Shown: one piece after another, positions 19,198 through 28,615 of the stretch
Layout of the letters: each line of letters starts with the position of its first letter
Numbering within the stretch: the stretch's first letter is position 1
Assembly (NCBI GenBank): GCA_012718945.1
Contig: JAAYBL010000019.1
Coordinates: 1 to 51,387, forward strand
Reading direction: 5' to 3'
Origin: Bacteroidales bacterium
GTDB taxonomy: Bacteria; Bacteroidota; Bacteroidia; Bacteroidales; UBA1402
Length of the DNA stretch: 51,387 bases
The notes under the pieces: model-generated
What the model was told of the DNA's origin: nothing
The model's input: the letters and a program-made list of their open reading frames with translations, nothing else
Database searches by the model: none
Program-made: the position numbers and the translations under genes

Positions 19198-20139
19198 TTA
19201 CTTTTTTTCCTTGATGAGCACGGATGCCAGAATAGAAAGTGTCAGCAAACCAACAATGACGCTCAATGAAACGATGTTGGAGATGTGGAATTGGTAACCC
19301 ATCTCATGCGTAAACTCGTTGATGCACATCTTGAAACCGATAAAGGTCAAAATACCAGCCAATGCCAGCTTCAGGAAGCGGAAATACTGCATGATGCCGC
19401 TGAGGGCGAAATACAGGGATCGCAAGCCTAGGATGGCGAAAATGTTGGAGGTATATACGATAAAGACGTCTTTCGACACGGAGAGTACGGCCGGTATGGA
19501 GTCAACGGCAAACACCAGGTCGGAGGCTTCAATGAAGAGCAACGCCAAAAAATAGGTAGTGGCGTAGGTCTTGCCGTTGATCTTGGTGAAGAAAGTATGT
19601 GAAGACCTGTCGTCGGTCACTGGCATCAGCTTGCGGAAGGTCTTGATGACGAAGTTGTCATTGGGATTGAAGTCGGACGTTTCCTTGTGATCGACCAGCA
19701 TTTTGACACCGGTGTAGAGCAGGAAGGCACCAAAGACGTACATGATCCAGTCGAAGCGGTTCAGTAGCGCAACACCGGCAAAGATGAAGATGGCCCTCAT
19801 CACAATGGCGCCAATGATACCCCAGAACAACACCTTGTGCTGATATTCGGGCTCGATTTTAAAGAAGCTGAAAATAAGGATGAAAACGAAAAGGTTGTCG
19901 ATGCTCAACGACTCTTCGACCAGGTAGGCCGTGAAAAATTCCAGGGCTGCCGTTTGGCCGAGCACAAAATATACACCAATGTTGAACAAGATGGCCAATC
20001 CAATCCAGAAGGCACTCCACAACAGGGATTCCTTGATGCTGGGTATGTGGTCTTTTTTGTGAAAGACGAACAAATCGAGGGCCAACATGATGATGACGAA
20101 GGCAAAAAAGCCTATCCAGAATCCGATACCTATTTCCAT
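19198..20139 (-). CDS. TerC/Alx-family metal (Mn) homeostasis membrane protein
   Basis: EESLSIDNLFVF, QHKVLFWGIIGA, DLVFAVDSIPAV and SNIFAILGLRSLYF motifs. Confidence 0.94.
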   Translation of the reverse strand: MEIGIGFWIGFFAFVIIMLALDLFVFHKKDHIPSIKESLLWSAFWIGLAILFNIGVYFVLGQTAALEFFTAYLVEESLSIDNLFVFILIFSFFKIEPEYQHKVLFWGIIGAIVMRAIFIFAGVALLNRFDWIMYVFGAFLLYTGVKMLVDHKETSDFNPNDNFVIKTFRKLMPVTDDRSSHTFFTKINGKTYATTYFLALLFIEASDLVFAVDSIPAVLSVSKDVFIVYTSNIFAILGLRSLYFALSGIMQYFRFLKLALAGILTFIGFKMCINEFTHEMGYQFHISNIVSLSVIVGLLTLSILASVLIKEKK

Positions 20140-20196
20140 GAATGTGTTTGTTTAAACGTGCCCTACTGTTGTTTTAATAGCGGCAGCAAGGGAAGG

Positions 20197-20235
20197 CAAA
20201 AATACAAAAAAAACAGACAGTTTGTGCTATCTTTG
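20197..20235. promoter_or_regulatory. Back-to-back -7 elements: TATTTTTG (minus, 20197-20204, terC) and TATCTTTG (plus, 20228-20235, hflX)
   Basis: Two exact TAnnTTTG matches in a 115-bp divergent intergenic region. Confidence 0.65.
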
Positions 20236-20254
20236 CATCAAAGAAGAACCCTTT

Positions 20255-21466
20255 ATGATAGAACGCGTCAACTTACAGTCTGAAGCTGAAAAAACCATCC
20301 TGGTAGGTCTCATCACCAACGACCAACCGGAAGATAAAGCCATTGAGTACCTGGAAGAGTTGGCCTTCCTGGCAGATACGGCCGGGGCTGAGCCTGTAAA
20401 GACCTTTTTGCAGCGCCTGGATTACCCCAATCCAAAGACGTTTGTGGGCTCAGGCCGTCTGGAAGAAATCAAGGCTTATGTAGAAGAGGAGGAGATCGGT
20501 ATGGCCATTTTTGATGATGAGCTCACCTCGAAACAAGTTAAGAACTTAGAGCAAGAGCTTAAAATCAAAGTGCTGGACAGAACCAACCTTATCCTTGACA
20601 TCTTTGCCAGGCGGGCGCAAACAGCCCATGCCAAAACCCAGGTAGAGTTGGCCCAGTACAAATACCTCTTGCCCCGTTTGACCCGTATGTGGACTCACCT
20701 GGAGCGCCAACGAGGGGGTATTGGTATGCGTGGTCCTGGCGAAACCCAGATTGAGACCGACCGCCGCATCATCCTCGACAAAATAGCCCGTCTCAAAGAA
20801 GAACTCAAGCACATCGATAAACAAAAAGCCACTCAGCGCAAGAATCGGGGAAAGATGGTGAGGGTCGCTTTGGTTGGCTACACCAACGTGGGAAAATCCA
20901 CACTGATGAACGTGTTGAGCAAATCGGAGGTGTTTGCCGAAAACAAACTGTTCGCAACGTTGGATACCACCGTCCGCAAGGTCATCATCGAAAACCTACC
21001 CTTTCTGCTCACCGATACGGTTGGATTCATCCGTAAACTGCCCCACGACCTGGTGGAGTCCTTTAAATCAACCCTGGATGAAGTGAGGGAAGCCGACTTG
21101 CTGTTGCATGTGGTGGATATCTCACATCCCGGCTTTGAAGAACAGATTGAGGTGGTCAATAAAACGCTGGCTGAACTGGATGCGGCTTCCAAACCGACCA
21201 TTCTGGTCTTTAATAAGATTGACGCTTATCAACACGTTGAGAAGGATGCCGATGATCTGACGCCCCGCACCAAGGAAAATCAAACCCTGATCGAACTTGA
21301 GCAGAGTTGGATGGCCAGGATGGGGGATGATTGTGTGTTTATTTCTGCCCGTAACCTATCAAATCTGAATGCTTTCAAACAGTTGGTTTACGACAGGGTA
21401 AAGGCCATTCATGTGACCCGTTTTCCTTACAACGACTTCCTATTTCAAACCTACGATATTGACTAA
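20255..21466 (+). CDS. hflX: Ribosome-splitting GTPase HflX
   Basis: LILDIFARRA, RGPGETQIE, G1 GYTNVGKS, LFATLD, G3 DTVG and G4 NKID. Start moved to ATG 20255. Confidence 0.97.
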   Translation: MIERVNLQSEAEKTILVGLITNDQPEDKAIEYLEELAFLADTAGAEPVKTFLQRLDYPNPKTFVGSGRLEEIKAYVEEEEIGMAIFDDELTSKQVKNLEQELKIKVLDRTNLILDIFARRAQTAHAKTQVELAQYKYLLPRLTRMWTHLERQRGGIGMRGPGETQIETDRRIILDKIARLKEELKHIDKQKATQRKNRGKMVRVALVGYTNVGKSTLMNVLSKSEVFAENKLFATLDTTVRKVIIENLPFLLTDTVGFIRKLPHDLVESFKSTLDEVREADLLLHVVDISHPGFEEQIEVVNKTLAELDAASKPTILVFNKIDAYQHVEKDADDLTPRTKENQTLIELEQSWMARMGDDCVFISARNLSNLNAFKQLVYDRVKAIHVTRFPYNDFLFQTYDID

Positions 21467-21471
21467 CGACC

Positions 21472-22497
21472 ATGACTGACAAACAATGGGCCGATCTGAA
21501 GGCCTTGGTCAAGGGCAACACGCTGACCACGCCTCCTGTAGGCTTCATCATTGATTCACCCTGGTTGCCGGGGTGGTATGGCTGTTCCATTCTGGATTAT
21601 TTTACCAACGATGCTTGCTGGTTGGACGCCAATCTCAAAGCATGGTCTACCTTTCCTGATGTGATGTTTCTGCCTGGTGCGTGGAGCGAGTACGGCATGT
21701 GTACCGAACCATCCGTATATGGTGCCAGGTGTACGTTCTGGAAAGACGAGTTCCCCTTTGCCCATCCGGTAATAAGTGACGCTTCAGGCATTGATGCGCT
21801 TCCACAACCCGACCCCGCCACCGACGGTCTGCTGCCCTTCATGCTCAACCGCTTGGTCAACGCCAGACCAGCCATTGAAGCGGCCGGTCATGCCATCCGG
21901 TTCTCCGTTTCCCGTGGACCGCTCAATATCGCTTCTTTCCTGATGGGCACCACCGAGTTCCTGACCACCATGATGATGGATCCCGATGCGACTCACCGCC
22001 TGTTACGCAACATCACCGATTTCCTGAAACGTTGGCACGCCGTGCAGCACGAAGCCATCGACAGCATTGATGGCATCATGATGCTCGATGATATCGTAGG
22101 CTTCATCAGCGAGGACGATTTCAAGACCTTTGCGCTGCCCTACCTGAAAGAACTGTACGATATCGACGATGCGGTGAAACTGTTCCACAATGATGCAGAC
22201 TGCACCGCCTCTGTCGCTTATTACCCTGAAATCGGCATCAACCTTTACAACCCCGGCATCCATTGCTCACTGACCACGTTGAGGGAAAAGACGGGCAACA
22301 AACTGCCTATTCTGGGCAACATCCCGCCCAGGGATGTCCTGGCTGCCGGATCTCCTGAGCAAGTGGCTGCCGCTGTTAAAGCGCTCAGGTCTGAAGCCGC
22401 CGGGTTTGGTAGTCTGGTGTATTCCTGTGGAGGAGGAATGCCTCCAGGTGTGAGCACAGCCAATATTCAAGCTTTCATTGAGGCCTTGCGTGATTAG
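21472..22497 (+). CDS. Uroporphyrinogen decarboxylase (UroD/MtaA-CmuA) superfamily protein, not canonical HemE
   Basis: RGPLNIASFLMG, DDIVGFIS, LGNIPP...GSPE and GGMPPG blocks. Lacks the HemE MRQAGRY motif. Confidence 0.8.
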   Translation: MTDKQWADLKALVKGNTLTTPPVGFIIDSPWLPGWYGCSILDYFTNDACWLDANLKAWSTFPDVMFLPGAWSEYGMCTEPSVYGARCTFWKDEFPFAHPVISDASGIDALPQPDPATDGLLPFMLNRLVNARPAIEAAGHAIRFSVSRGPLNIASFLMGTTEFLTTMMMDPDATHRLLRNITDFLKRWHAVQHEAIDSIDGIMMLDDIVGFISEDDFKTFALPYLKELYDIDDAVKLFHNDADCTASVAYYPEIGINLYNPGIHCSLTTLREKTGNKLPILGNIPPRDVLAAGSPEQVAAAVKALRSEAAGFGSLVYSCGGGMPPGVSTANIQAFIEALRD

Positions 22498-22559
22498 GTA
22501 GTCTGTTAAAGTATTCGTAAAGTCCTGCGTGGGGGTATGGACAAATCGCCCTGATTTTG

Positions 22560-22567
22560 TACCTTTG
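22560..22567 (+). promoter_or_regulatory. -7 element (TACCTTTG) for fumarate hydratase
   Basis: TAnnTTTG match 24 nt before ATG 22592. Confidence 0.65.
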
Positions 22568-22591
22568 CAACGTTACTAAAACCCCACGATT

Positions 22592-24229
22592 ATGGCTGTA
22601 CCTCCGTTCAAGTACCAGGATCCCTTCCCCGTTGGCAAGGACCAAACCGAATACTACCTCCTCACCAAAGAACATGTCTCTGTTGCCTCGTTTGACGGCA
22701 AGGATGTGTTGAAAGTGGCACCAGAAGGCTTGACCCTGCTGGCCAATACCGCTATGCGTGACGTGGCTTTCATGCTTCGTCCGGCTCACCAGAAACAAGT
22801 GGCCGCCATTCTGGATGATCCTGAAGCCAGCGAAAACGACAAATATGTAGCCTTGACCATGCTCCGCAACGCTGAAATTGCGGCCAAGGGTGTTCTCCCT
22901 TTCTGTCAGGATACCGGAACGGCCACCGTTTTTGCCAAAAAAGGCAATCAAGTGTGGACAGACGGTTCCGACGAAGAAGCCCTTTCACTGGGTATTTACA
23001 AAACCTACACAGAGGAAAACCTGCGCTACTCGCAGACCATTCCCCTGGATATGTACACCGAGAAAAACTCGGGTACCAACCTGCCGGCTCAAATTGATAT
23101 TATGGCTGGTCACGGGGATGAATACAAATTTTTGTTCATTGCCAAAGGTGGTGGATCACAAAACAAGACTTACCTCTATCAAGAGACCAAGGCTTTGTTG
23201 AATCCGGCTACCCTGGAAGCCTTCTTGATTGACAAAATGAAATCCCTGGGTACCGCTGCTTGTCCGCCCTACCACATTGCTTTTGTCATTGGTGGTACTT
23301 CAGCCGATCAGACAGTGAAAACAGTGAAGCTGGCTTCCACTAAGTACTACGATGAATTGCCCACCCAAGGTAACGAGGGTGGTCAGGCGTTCAGGGACCT
23401 TGAAATGGAGGCCAAGATGCTGAAAGCCGCCCAGGAAATCGGATTGGGCGCCCAGTTCGGCGGCAAATACCTGGCCCATGATGTTCGCATCATCCGCCTG
23501 CCACGCCACGGTGCTTCCTGCCCGGTAGCTATGGCTGTGTCCTGCTCGGCAGACCGCAACATCAAAGCCAAAATCAACAGGGAAGGCATCTGGGTGGAAA
23601 AAATGGAAGACAATCCCGGTAAGTACATTCCTGAACACCTGCGCAAAGCTGGTGAGGGTAAAGTGGTTCGCATTGATTTGGACCAGCCCATGGCTGATGT
23701 TCTCAAGGAACTGACCAAATACCCGGTATCTACCCGCTTGTCGCTCAATGGTACCATCATTGTTGGCCGTGACATTGCTCATGCCAAGCTGAAGGAACGT
23801 CTGGATGCTGGCGAGGATCTGCCTCAATACATCAAGGATCATCCTATTTACTACGCCGGTCCTGCAAAAACACCCAAAGGGTATGCCTCAGGATCGATGG
23901 GACCCACCACAGCTGGTCGTATGGACGCGTATGTGGATCTCTTCCAAAGCAAGGGAGGTAGCCTCATCATGTTGGCCAAGGGTAACCGTTCCCAGCAGGT
24001 GACCGATGCTTGTAAGAAGTACGGTGGCTTCTATCTTGGTTCCATCGGTGGTCCTGCCGCTGTTCTGGCTCAGGAAAACATCAAGAGCATCGAATGCCTC
24101 GAGTACCCCGAATTAGGCATGGAAGCCATCTGGAAGATCCGTGTGGAAAACTTCCCTGCTTTCATCCTGGTAGACGACAAGGGCAACGACTTCTTCAAGC
24201 AACTCAAGCCGATTTGTCATTTGGGTTGA
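22592..24229 (+). CDS. Class I Fe-S fumarate hydratase (FumA/FumB type)
   Basis: [37 protein letters not shown] and LGMEAIW motifs. Confidence 0.97.
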   Translation: MAVPPFKYQDPFPVGKDQTEYYLLTKEHVSVASFDGKDVLKVAPEGLTLLANTAMRDVAFMLRPAHQKQVAAILDDPEASENDKYVALTMLRNAEIAAKGVLPFCQDTGTATVFAKKGNQVWTDGSDEEALSLGIYKTYTEENLRYSQTIPLDMYTEKNSGTNLPAQIDIMAGHGDEYKFLFIAKGGGSQNKTYLYQETKALLNPATLEAFLIDKMKSLGTAACPPYHIAFVIGGTSADQTVKTVKLASTKYYDELPTQGNEGGQAFRDLEMEAKMLKAAQEIGLGAQFGGKYLAHDVRIIRLPRHGASCPVAMAVSCSADRNIKAKINREGIWVEKMEDNPGKYIPEHLRKAGEGKVVRIDLDQPMADVLKELTKYPVSTRLSLNGTIIVGRDIAHAKLKERLDAGEDLPQYIKDHPIYYAGPAKTPKGYASGSMGPTTAGRMDAYVDLFQSKGGSLIMLAKGNRSQQVTDACKKYGGFYLGSIGGPAAVLAQENIKSIECLEYPELGMEAIWKIRVENFPAFILVDDKGNDFFKQLKPICHLG

Positions 24230-24245
24230 TGCCACATCCGTAAAT

Positions 24246-24286
24246 AAAAAAGAGCCTCAAAAGTAATTGCTTTTGAGGCTTTTTTT
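24246..24286. terminator. Bidirectional Rho-independent terminator
   Basis: A6-G-AGCCTCAAAAG-taattg-CTTTTGAGGCT-T6 between the convergent fumarase and rsgA genes. Confidence 0.92.
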
Positions 24287-24292
24287 ATGCAC

Positions 24293-25222
24293 TTAGCTTT
24301 CCCGGTATTTGCTTTCGTCTTCGTCGCTGAGGATGCTCAGGTAGCTGGCGTAGCGGGAGGCGCTGATGCGTTGAGCTTCCACGGCGGCCAGTACGGCACA
24401 ACCAGGCTCTTGCACATGCAGGCAGTTGTTGAACCGGCAATGGGCTGAGGTCGCAAAAATATCAGGGAAATAGTGGCCCACTTCTTCGGGTTTCATTTCG
24501 AACGTGCCAAAGCCCTTGATGCCTGGGGTGTCGATCAGGTAGCCGCCCCCTTCCAAGGCATACATCTCCGAGAAGGTCGTGGTGTGCATCCCCTTAAAGT
24601 GGCTGTTTGAAATATCCCCCACTTTCACGTCATAGCTCGGGTCGATACGGTTGATTAAAGTGGATTTTCCTACCCCTGAATTGCCGGACAACAAGGTGAT
24701 TTTGCCTTTCAGTAAGGCCTTGACTTCCTCGATACCCTCGCCTTTGCTGGCCGAAAGACAGGTGCAGGGGTAACCAATGCTGGTGTAAAGGGCAACCAGG
24801 GCGTCCATGTATGCCTTGTCGTCTTCATCATACAGGTCTACCTTGTTGATGAGTAGTCGAGCGGGGATGCGGTAGGCTTCAGCCGTGGCCAGAAAACGGT
24901 CGATAAAGGTGGTGTTGGTTTCCGGTGATCGGAGGGTGACCAACAAAAAGACCTGGTCGAGGTTGGCGGCCAGGATGTGCAATTGTTTGGATAAGTTGGT
25001 GGGGCGGCGAACGATGTAGTTCTTGCGGTCATCAATGCCGGTGATGAATACCGTATCGCCATCCCTGTCGTCAATGGTCACCCTGTCGCCAACGGCGACA
25101 GGGTTTGTACTGCGCAATCCCTTGATCCGAAAGTGGCCTTTGATCTTGCAGGTAAGCAGCCTTCCATCGTCAGTCATGACCTGGTACAAGCTGCCAGTGT
25201 TTTTTACGACCAGTGCTTTCAA
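24293..25222 (-). CDS. rsgA: Small ribosomal subunit-dependent GTPase
   Basis: Circularly permuted GTPase (NKVD before [16 protein letters not shown]) with Zn finger [15 protein letters not shown] start. Confidence 0.96.
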   Translation of the reverse strand: MKALVVKNTGSLYQVMTDDGRLLTCKIKGHFRIKGLRSTNPVAVGDRVTIDDRDGDTVFITGIDDRKNYIVRRPTNLSKQLHILAANLDQVFLLVTLRSPETNTTFIDRFLATAEAYRIPARLLINKVDLYDEDDKAYMDALVALYTSIGYPCTCLSASKGEGIEEVKALLKGKITLLSGNSGVGKSTLINRIDPSYDVKVGDISNSHFKGMHTTTFSEMYALEGGGYLIDTPGIKGFGTFEMKPEEVGHYFPDIFATSAHCRFNNCLHVQEPGCAVLAAVEAQRISASRYASYLSILSDEDESKYRES

Positions 25223-25786
25223 TTAGACCGTCAGGATTTCTTTTTCTTTGGCTGCCAGGATGTCATCCAGTTTCTTCATGTACTTGTCGTGAAGTTTCTG
25301 GACATCGGCTTCGGCATCCTTGCCCACGTCTTCGGGCAGCCCTTCCTTGACCATTTTCTTGAAAGAGGTATTGGCTTCCTGACGGGCATTGCGGATGCTG
25401 ATACGGGCGTCTTCCCCTTCGCTGCGTACTTGTTTTACCAGTGCACGACGGCGTTCTTCGGTAAGGGGAGGGATAGACAATCGGATGATTTCTCCGTTGT
25501 TATCGGGGGTAATGCCAATCTCCGAGTTGATGATGGCCTTTTCAATCTCCTTGATAAGGGCCTTTTCCCAGGGTTGAATGGCTATGGTTTTAGCGTCTGG
25601 TGTGCTGACGTTGGCCACGTTCGCGATGGGGACACTGCTTCCGTAGTAATTCACTCTGACGGGATCCAGGATGCGGATGTTGGCTTTGCCTGCCCTGATG
25701 TGAACCAGGGAGTCTTCCAAGTGGTTGGCGGCATGCTTCATGCCTTCTTCAGCCATGTCAAGCATTAATTGCACATCTTCGTTCAT
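25223..25786 (-). CDS. frr: Ribosome recycling factor
   Basis: IRAGKAN, YYGS, IQPWEK, PPLTEERR, IRNAR and KEKEIL motifs. Confidence 0.97.
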   Translation of the reverse strand: MNEDVQLMLDMAEEGMKHAANHLEDSLVHIRAGKANIRILDPVRVNYYGSSVPIANVANVSTPDAKTIAIQPWEKALIKEIEKAIINSEIGITPDNNGEIIRLSIPPLTEERRRALVKQVRSEGEDARISIRNARQEANTSFKKMVKEGLPEDVGKDAEADVQKLHDKYMKKLDDILAAKEKEILTV

Positions 25787-25798
25787 TGGTGATAGGTA

Positions 25799-26509
25799 TT
25801 AATTGTGTACGTAAGTTCCGATTTTTTCACCCTTCAGTACCTTGAGCAGGTTGCCAGGCGTATCCATATCGAACACTACGATGGGCAGGTTGTTTTCCTT
25901 GCACATGGTCGTGGCTGTCAGGTCCATTACCTTGAGGCCTCTTGTGTAAATCTCATCGTAGGTGATGGTGTCAAATTTGGTCGCGGTGGGGTCTTTTTCC
26001 GGGTCAGCGGTGTAGATGCCATCCACCCGCGTGCCTTTCAGCATGGCATCGGCTTCTATTTCGATGCCTCGGAGTGAAGAACCTGTGTCGGTGGTGAAAT
26101 AGGGACTGCCGGTGCCTCCGCTCAGAATAACGACTTCGCCTCGTTCCATGCATTCGATGGCTTTGTCTTTACTGAAAAATTCTCCGATTGGCTCCATGCG
26201 GATGGCGGTGAGCAAGCGGGCTTTAACCCCCTCGGCCTGTAATGCAGAGCAAAGGGCCAGGCCGTTGATGCAGGTGGCCAACATACCCATTTGGTCGCCC
26301 TTGACCCTGTCGTAGCCTTTGGAGGCACCACTCAGGCCTCTGAAAATATTACCACCTCCGATGACGATGCCCATCTGAACGCCCAATGCGGCGGCAGCCT
26401 TAATCTGGGCGGCATATTCACTGAGCCTGTTTTCATCGATGCCGGCTTTTTTGGTCCCCATAAGTGACTCACCGCTGAGTTTAAGCAGGACGCGTTTGAA
26501 AGGTATCAT
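25799..26509 (-). CDS. pyrH: Uridylate kinase
   Basis: LLKLSGE, GGGNIFRG, GDQMGMLAT, PYFTTD and VDGIYTADP. Start moved to ATG 26509. Confidence 0.97.
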   Translation of the reverse strand: MIPFKRVLLKLSGESLMGTKKAGIDENRLSEYAAQIKAAAALGVQMGIVIGGGNIFRGLSGASKGYDRVKGDQMGMLATCINGLALCSALQAEGVKARLLTAIRMEPIGEFFSKDKAIECMERGEVVILSGGTGSPYFTTDTGSSLRGIEIEADAMLKGTRVDGIYTADPEKDPTATKFDTITYDEIYTRGLKVMDLTATTMCKENNLPIVVFDMDTPGNLLKVLKGEKIGTYVHN

Positions 26510-26531
26510 GTGCTGTTCGTTTGAATGTGTA

Positions 26532-26559
26532 CAAAAATACACTTTTTCCCGTAACTTTG
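26532..26559. promoter_or_regulatory. Closely spaced divergent -7 elements: TATTTTTG (minus, 26532-26539, pyrH) and TAACTTTG (plus, 26552-26559)
   Basis: Two exact TAnnTTTG matches 12 bp apart. Confidence 0.62.
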
Positions 26560-26598
26560 TGAAGCTCCCAAGGGAATTGTCAATCCATAGATGCTGAT

Positions 26599-27081
26599 AT
26601 GAGAACCAATAGAATCATCTTTTTCGCAAGTTGTCTCGCTTTGAGCGTGCTGTATGCATTCCCGGCCAATGGCCAATCGGTTGCACGTTTGTTGCAGGAT
26701 GCCACTCTCCGTTTTCAGGAAGGAAAAACCGCAGAGGCCAGGTCGTTGTATGAAGCTGTAGTGGCCAAGGATTCATCCTGCTACGAAGCACTGGCATGGT
26801 TGGGGAACTATTATTACTTGAAAGGAAAAGAGGAACTGACCGACTTGGATCGATCGTATAAAGAGCTGCGCGAACCTACTCGCATGCAGTCTGCCAGACA
26901 TCAGGAGGCGTTGAAGGCTGTTTATTTAAATTGGTATGCCAAGGCTGAGACTTGCTTGCTCAAAGCGTTGGATGTGCGCAAGAATGAACACCTGCAACAG
27001 CTCGCAGACGAGATTGAACGCTATAAACTCCGCATTGGATTGATAACGCCAACGGTGAAAAAGACTAAGGGAGAAAAGTAA
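26599..27081 (+). CDS. Secreted TPR-like helical hypothetical protein
   Basis: Signal peptide (ANG-Q) and TPR-like helices (EARSLYEAVV...EALAWLGNYYY; KAETCLLKAL). Confidence 0.72.
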   Translation: MRTNRIIFFASCLALSVLYAFPANGQSVARLLQDATLRFQEGKTAEARSLYEAVVAKDSSCYEALAWLGNYYYLKGKEELTDLDRSYKELREPTRMQSARHQEALKAVYLNWYAKAETCLLKALDVRKNEHLQQLADEIERYKLRIGLITPTVKKTKGEK

Positions 27082-27799
27082 CTTCCTTAAACGCGTACGC
27101 CTTTACTTCTCCATCTTCACGTTCCAACAGTAAGTCTCCCTGAGGTTTAACACCTCTGATCTTTGCCTTGAACGTCCCCTCATTGTCCGAATAGGTGTGA
27201 AAACCGTCACGCCGGTGAAGGTTGTTGAGGTAAAAACGTTGGATGTCAACTACTTGATCTGTGCTCAAATCTTCCAGTACTTTACAAAGTTGTTTGTGTA
27301 GTTTGTTGGCAATTTCGTGCAAGTCATAGGTTTGTCCGGTGATGAGGGCCAATGAAGTGGCCTCAGGACTGAAGGTTGGAAAGTTGGTTTGATTGATGTT
27401 GAGACCTATGCCAATGATGGATTGTTCAACGAGGCTACCTTTGAGCTGATGTTCAATCAAGATGCCGCCCATTTTTTGTCCTTTACGGTAGAGATCGTTG
27501 GGCCATTTGATGACAACCTCGTCGACATACTCTCCCAAAACGTTGCGAACCGCCAGGGATACGGCCTCGCAGAGGATGAACTGGTTGTTGGAGGGAAGAT
27601 TTTCCGGCCTGTATAACAAGCTATAGTGGATGTTTTTGCCAAGTTCGGACAGCCACGTATGGCCTCGTTGCCCCCTGCCTGCAGTTTGGTCAAAAGTGAC
27701 GACGGCCATGCCGCAGCCGTTGAACGGGGCTGGTTCCTGTTCGCTAAGGTATGCGTTGGTCGAGGCGGTTTGGGGCAACAATAGTAAGTCTGAACTCAT
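27065..27799 (-). CDS. birA: Biotin--[acetyl-CoA carboxylase] ligase (group I, no HTH)
   Basis: STN, QTAGRGQRG, KWPND, KMGGILIE and GIGLNIN motifs. Confidence 0.95.
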   Translation of the reverse strand: MSSDLLLLPQTASTNAYLSEQEPAPFNGCGMAVVTFDQTAGRGQRGHTWLSELGKNIHYSLLYRPENLPSNNQFILCEAVSLAVRNVLGEYVDEVVIKWPNDLYRKGQKMGGILIEHQLKGSLVEQSIIGIGLNINQTNFPTFSPEATSLALITGQTYDLHEIANKLHKQLCKVLEDLSTDQVVDIQRFYLNNLHRRDGFHTYSDNEGTFKAKIRGVKPQGDLLLEREDGEVKAYAFKEVTFLP

Positions 27800-27863
27800 G
27801 GTCGATTTCTAAAGGATGTTAGTGTCAAGTTATCAAATCAAAATAAGGACAACACGGTGCCAT

Positions 27864-28229
27864 TTAGGTATGTGTTGCCAGAAAAGCGTCTTCGAAATGC
27901 TCAATCTGCCAGTGACCTTTTTCGTAAACCAAGGCCATGACATCAAAACGGATGGGCATGTCCAATTTGTGTAGGTGCACGTAATGATGGGCAGCCGTTA
28001 CCAGACGTTGAATCTTGCGTCGGTCGACCGCCAACTCCGGAGCTTCAAAAGGTATACCGCTGCGGGTTTTTACCTCCACAACGACCAACCAATCCTGGTG
28101 CTCTGCAACGATGTCCAGCTCCTTGTGTTGCGAATACCAATTGATTTCGCGAATGGTATACCCTTTGTCCCGCAAGTAGTCGGCTGCCACCGTTTCACCT
28201 TCTTTGCCTAGCTGATTGTGTGCTGCCAT
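27864..28229 (-). CDS. YraN family (UPF0102) protein
   Basis: LGKEGE, ELDIVA, VEVKTR and RFDV motifs. Confidence 0.92.
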   Translation of the reverse strand: MAAHNQLGKEGETVAADYLRDKGYTIREINWYSQHKELDIVAEHQDWLVVVEVKTRSGIPFEAPELAVDRRKIQRLVTAAHHYVHLHKLDMPIRFDVMALVYEKGHWQIEHFEDAFLATHT

Positions 28230-28242
28230 TGTCTAAAAAGCG

Positions 28243-28250
28243 CAAATGTA
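28243..28250 (-). promoter_or_regulatory. -7 element (TACATTTG) for yraN-birA
   Basis: TAnnTTTG match 13 nt before the ATG, implying a very short leader. Confidence 0.6.
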
Positions 28251-28325
28251 CATGTTTTGTTTTTCATGTGATAATTTTATTGTTATTTTGCACCGTATTT
28301 TGCGACGAAAACCGCATAGGATGGC

Positions 28326-28352
28326 GGTTGTCCGCCCGATTTACGGACAACC
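28326..28352. repeat. Perfect 9-bp inverted repeat GGTTGTCCG-N9-CGGACAACC
   Basis: Read directly. No T tract follows. It lies 23 nt before ATG 28376. Confidence 0.85.
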
Positions 28353-28375
28353 TGCAGTAAAGAACAGCCTCTCAC

Positions 28376-28573
28376 ATGAAACGAAACCTTCAGCGCGATC
28401 AAACCGTGTCCTTCTTGTTGAATGACCCTGAATACAAGGCGTTGATGAAGTATTGTGCGAAGTATAAAATCAAAAATCGCTCCCGCTTTATCAGGGAGAC
28501 CTTGATGAAAGCTGTCCTCACACGTATGACCGAGGATTATCCCACCTTGTTCAATGAACAGGAGATGCGCTGA
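28376..28573 (+). CDS. Small basic protein, ribbon-helix-helix-like
   Basis: Beta-like TVSFLL, helix NDPEYKALMKYC, turn, then NRSRFIRETLM. Co-oriented with tadA. Confidence 0.72.
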   Translation: MKRNLQRDQTVSFLLNDPEYKALMKYCAKYKIKNRSRFIRETLMKAVLTRMTEDYPTLFNEQEMR

Positions 28574-28615
28574 TCGAGCCACAACACTGCTCTAATCGAT
28601 CAAATCACTACTATT

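Noticed and set aside
19198-20139. Tellurite-resistance (ter) cluster
   Set aside because: Only a lone Alx-type TerC is present, with no terA, terB, terD or terZ.
20140-20196. Possible yybP-ykoY Mn riboswitch upstream of terC
   Set aside because: The leader is only about 50 nt from the predicted promoter, with one weak hairpin. The four-way junction cannot fit.
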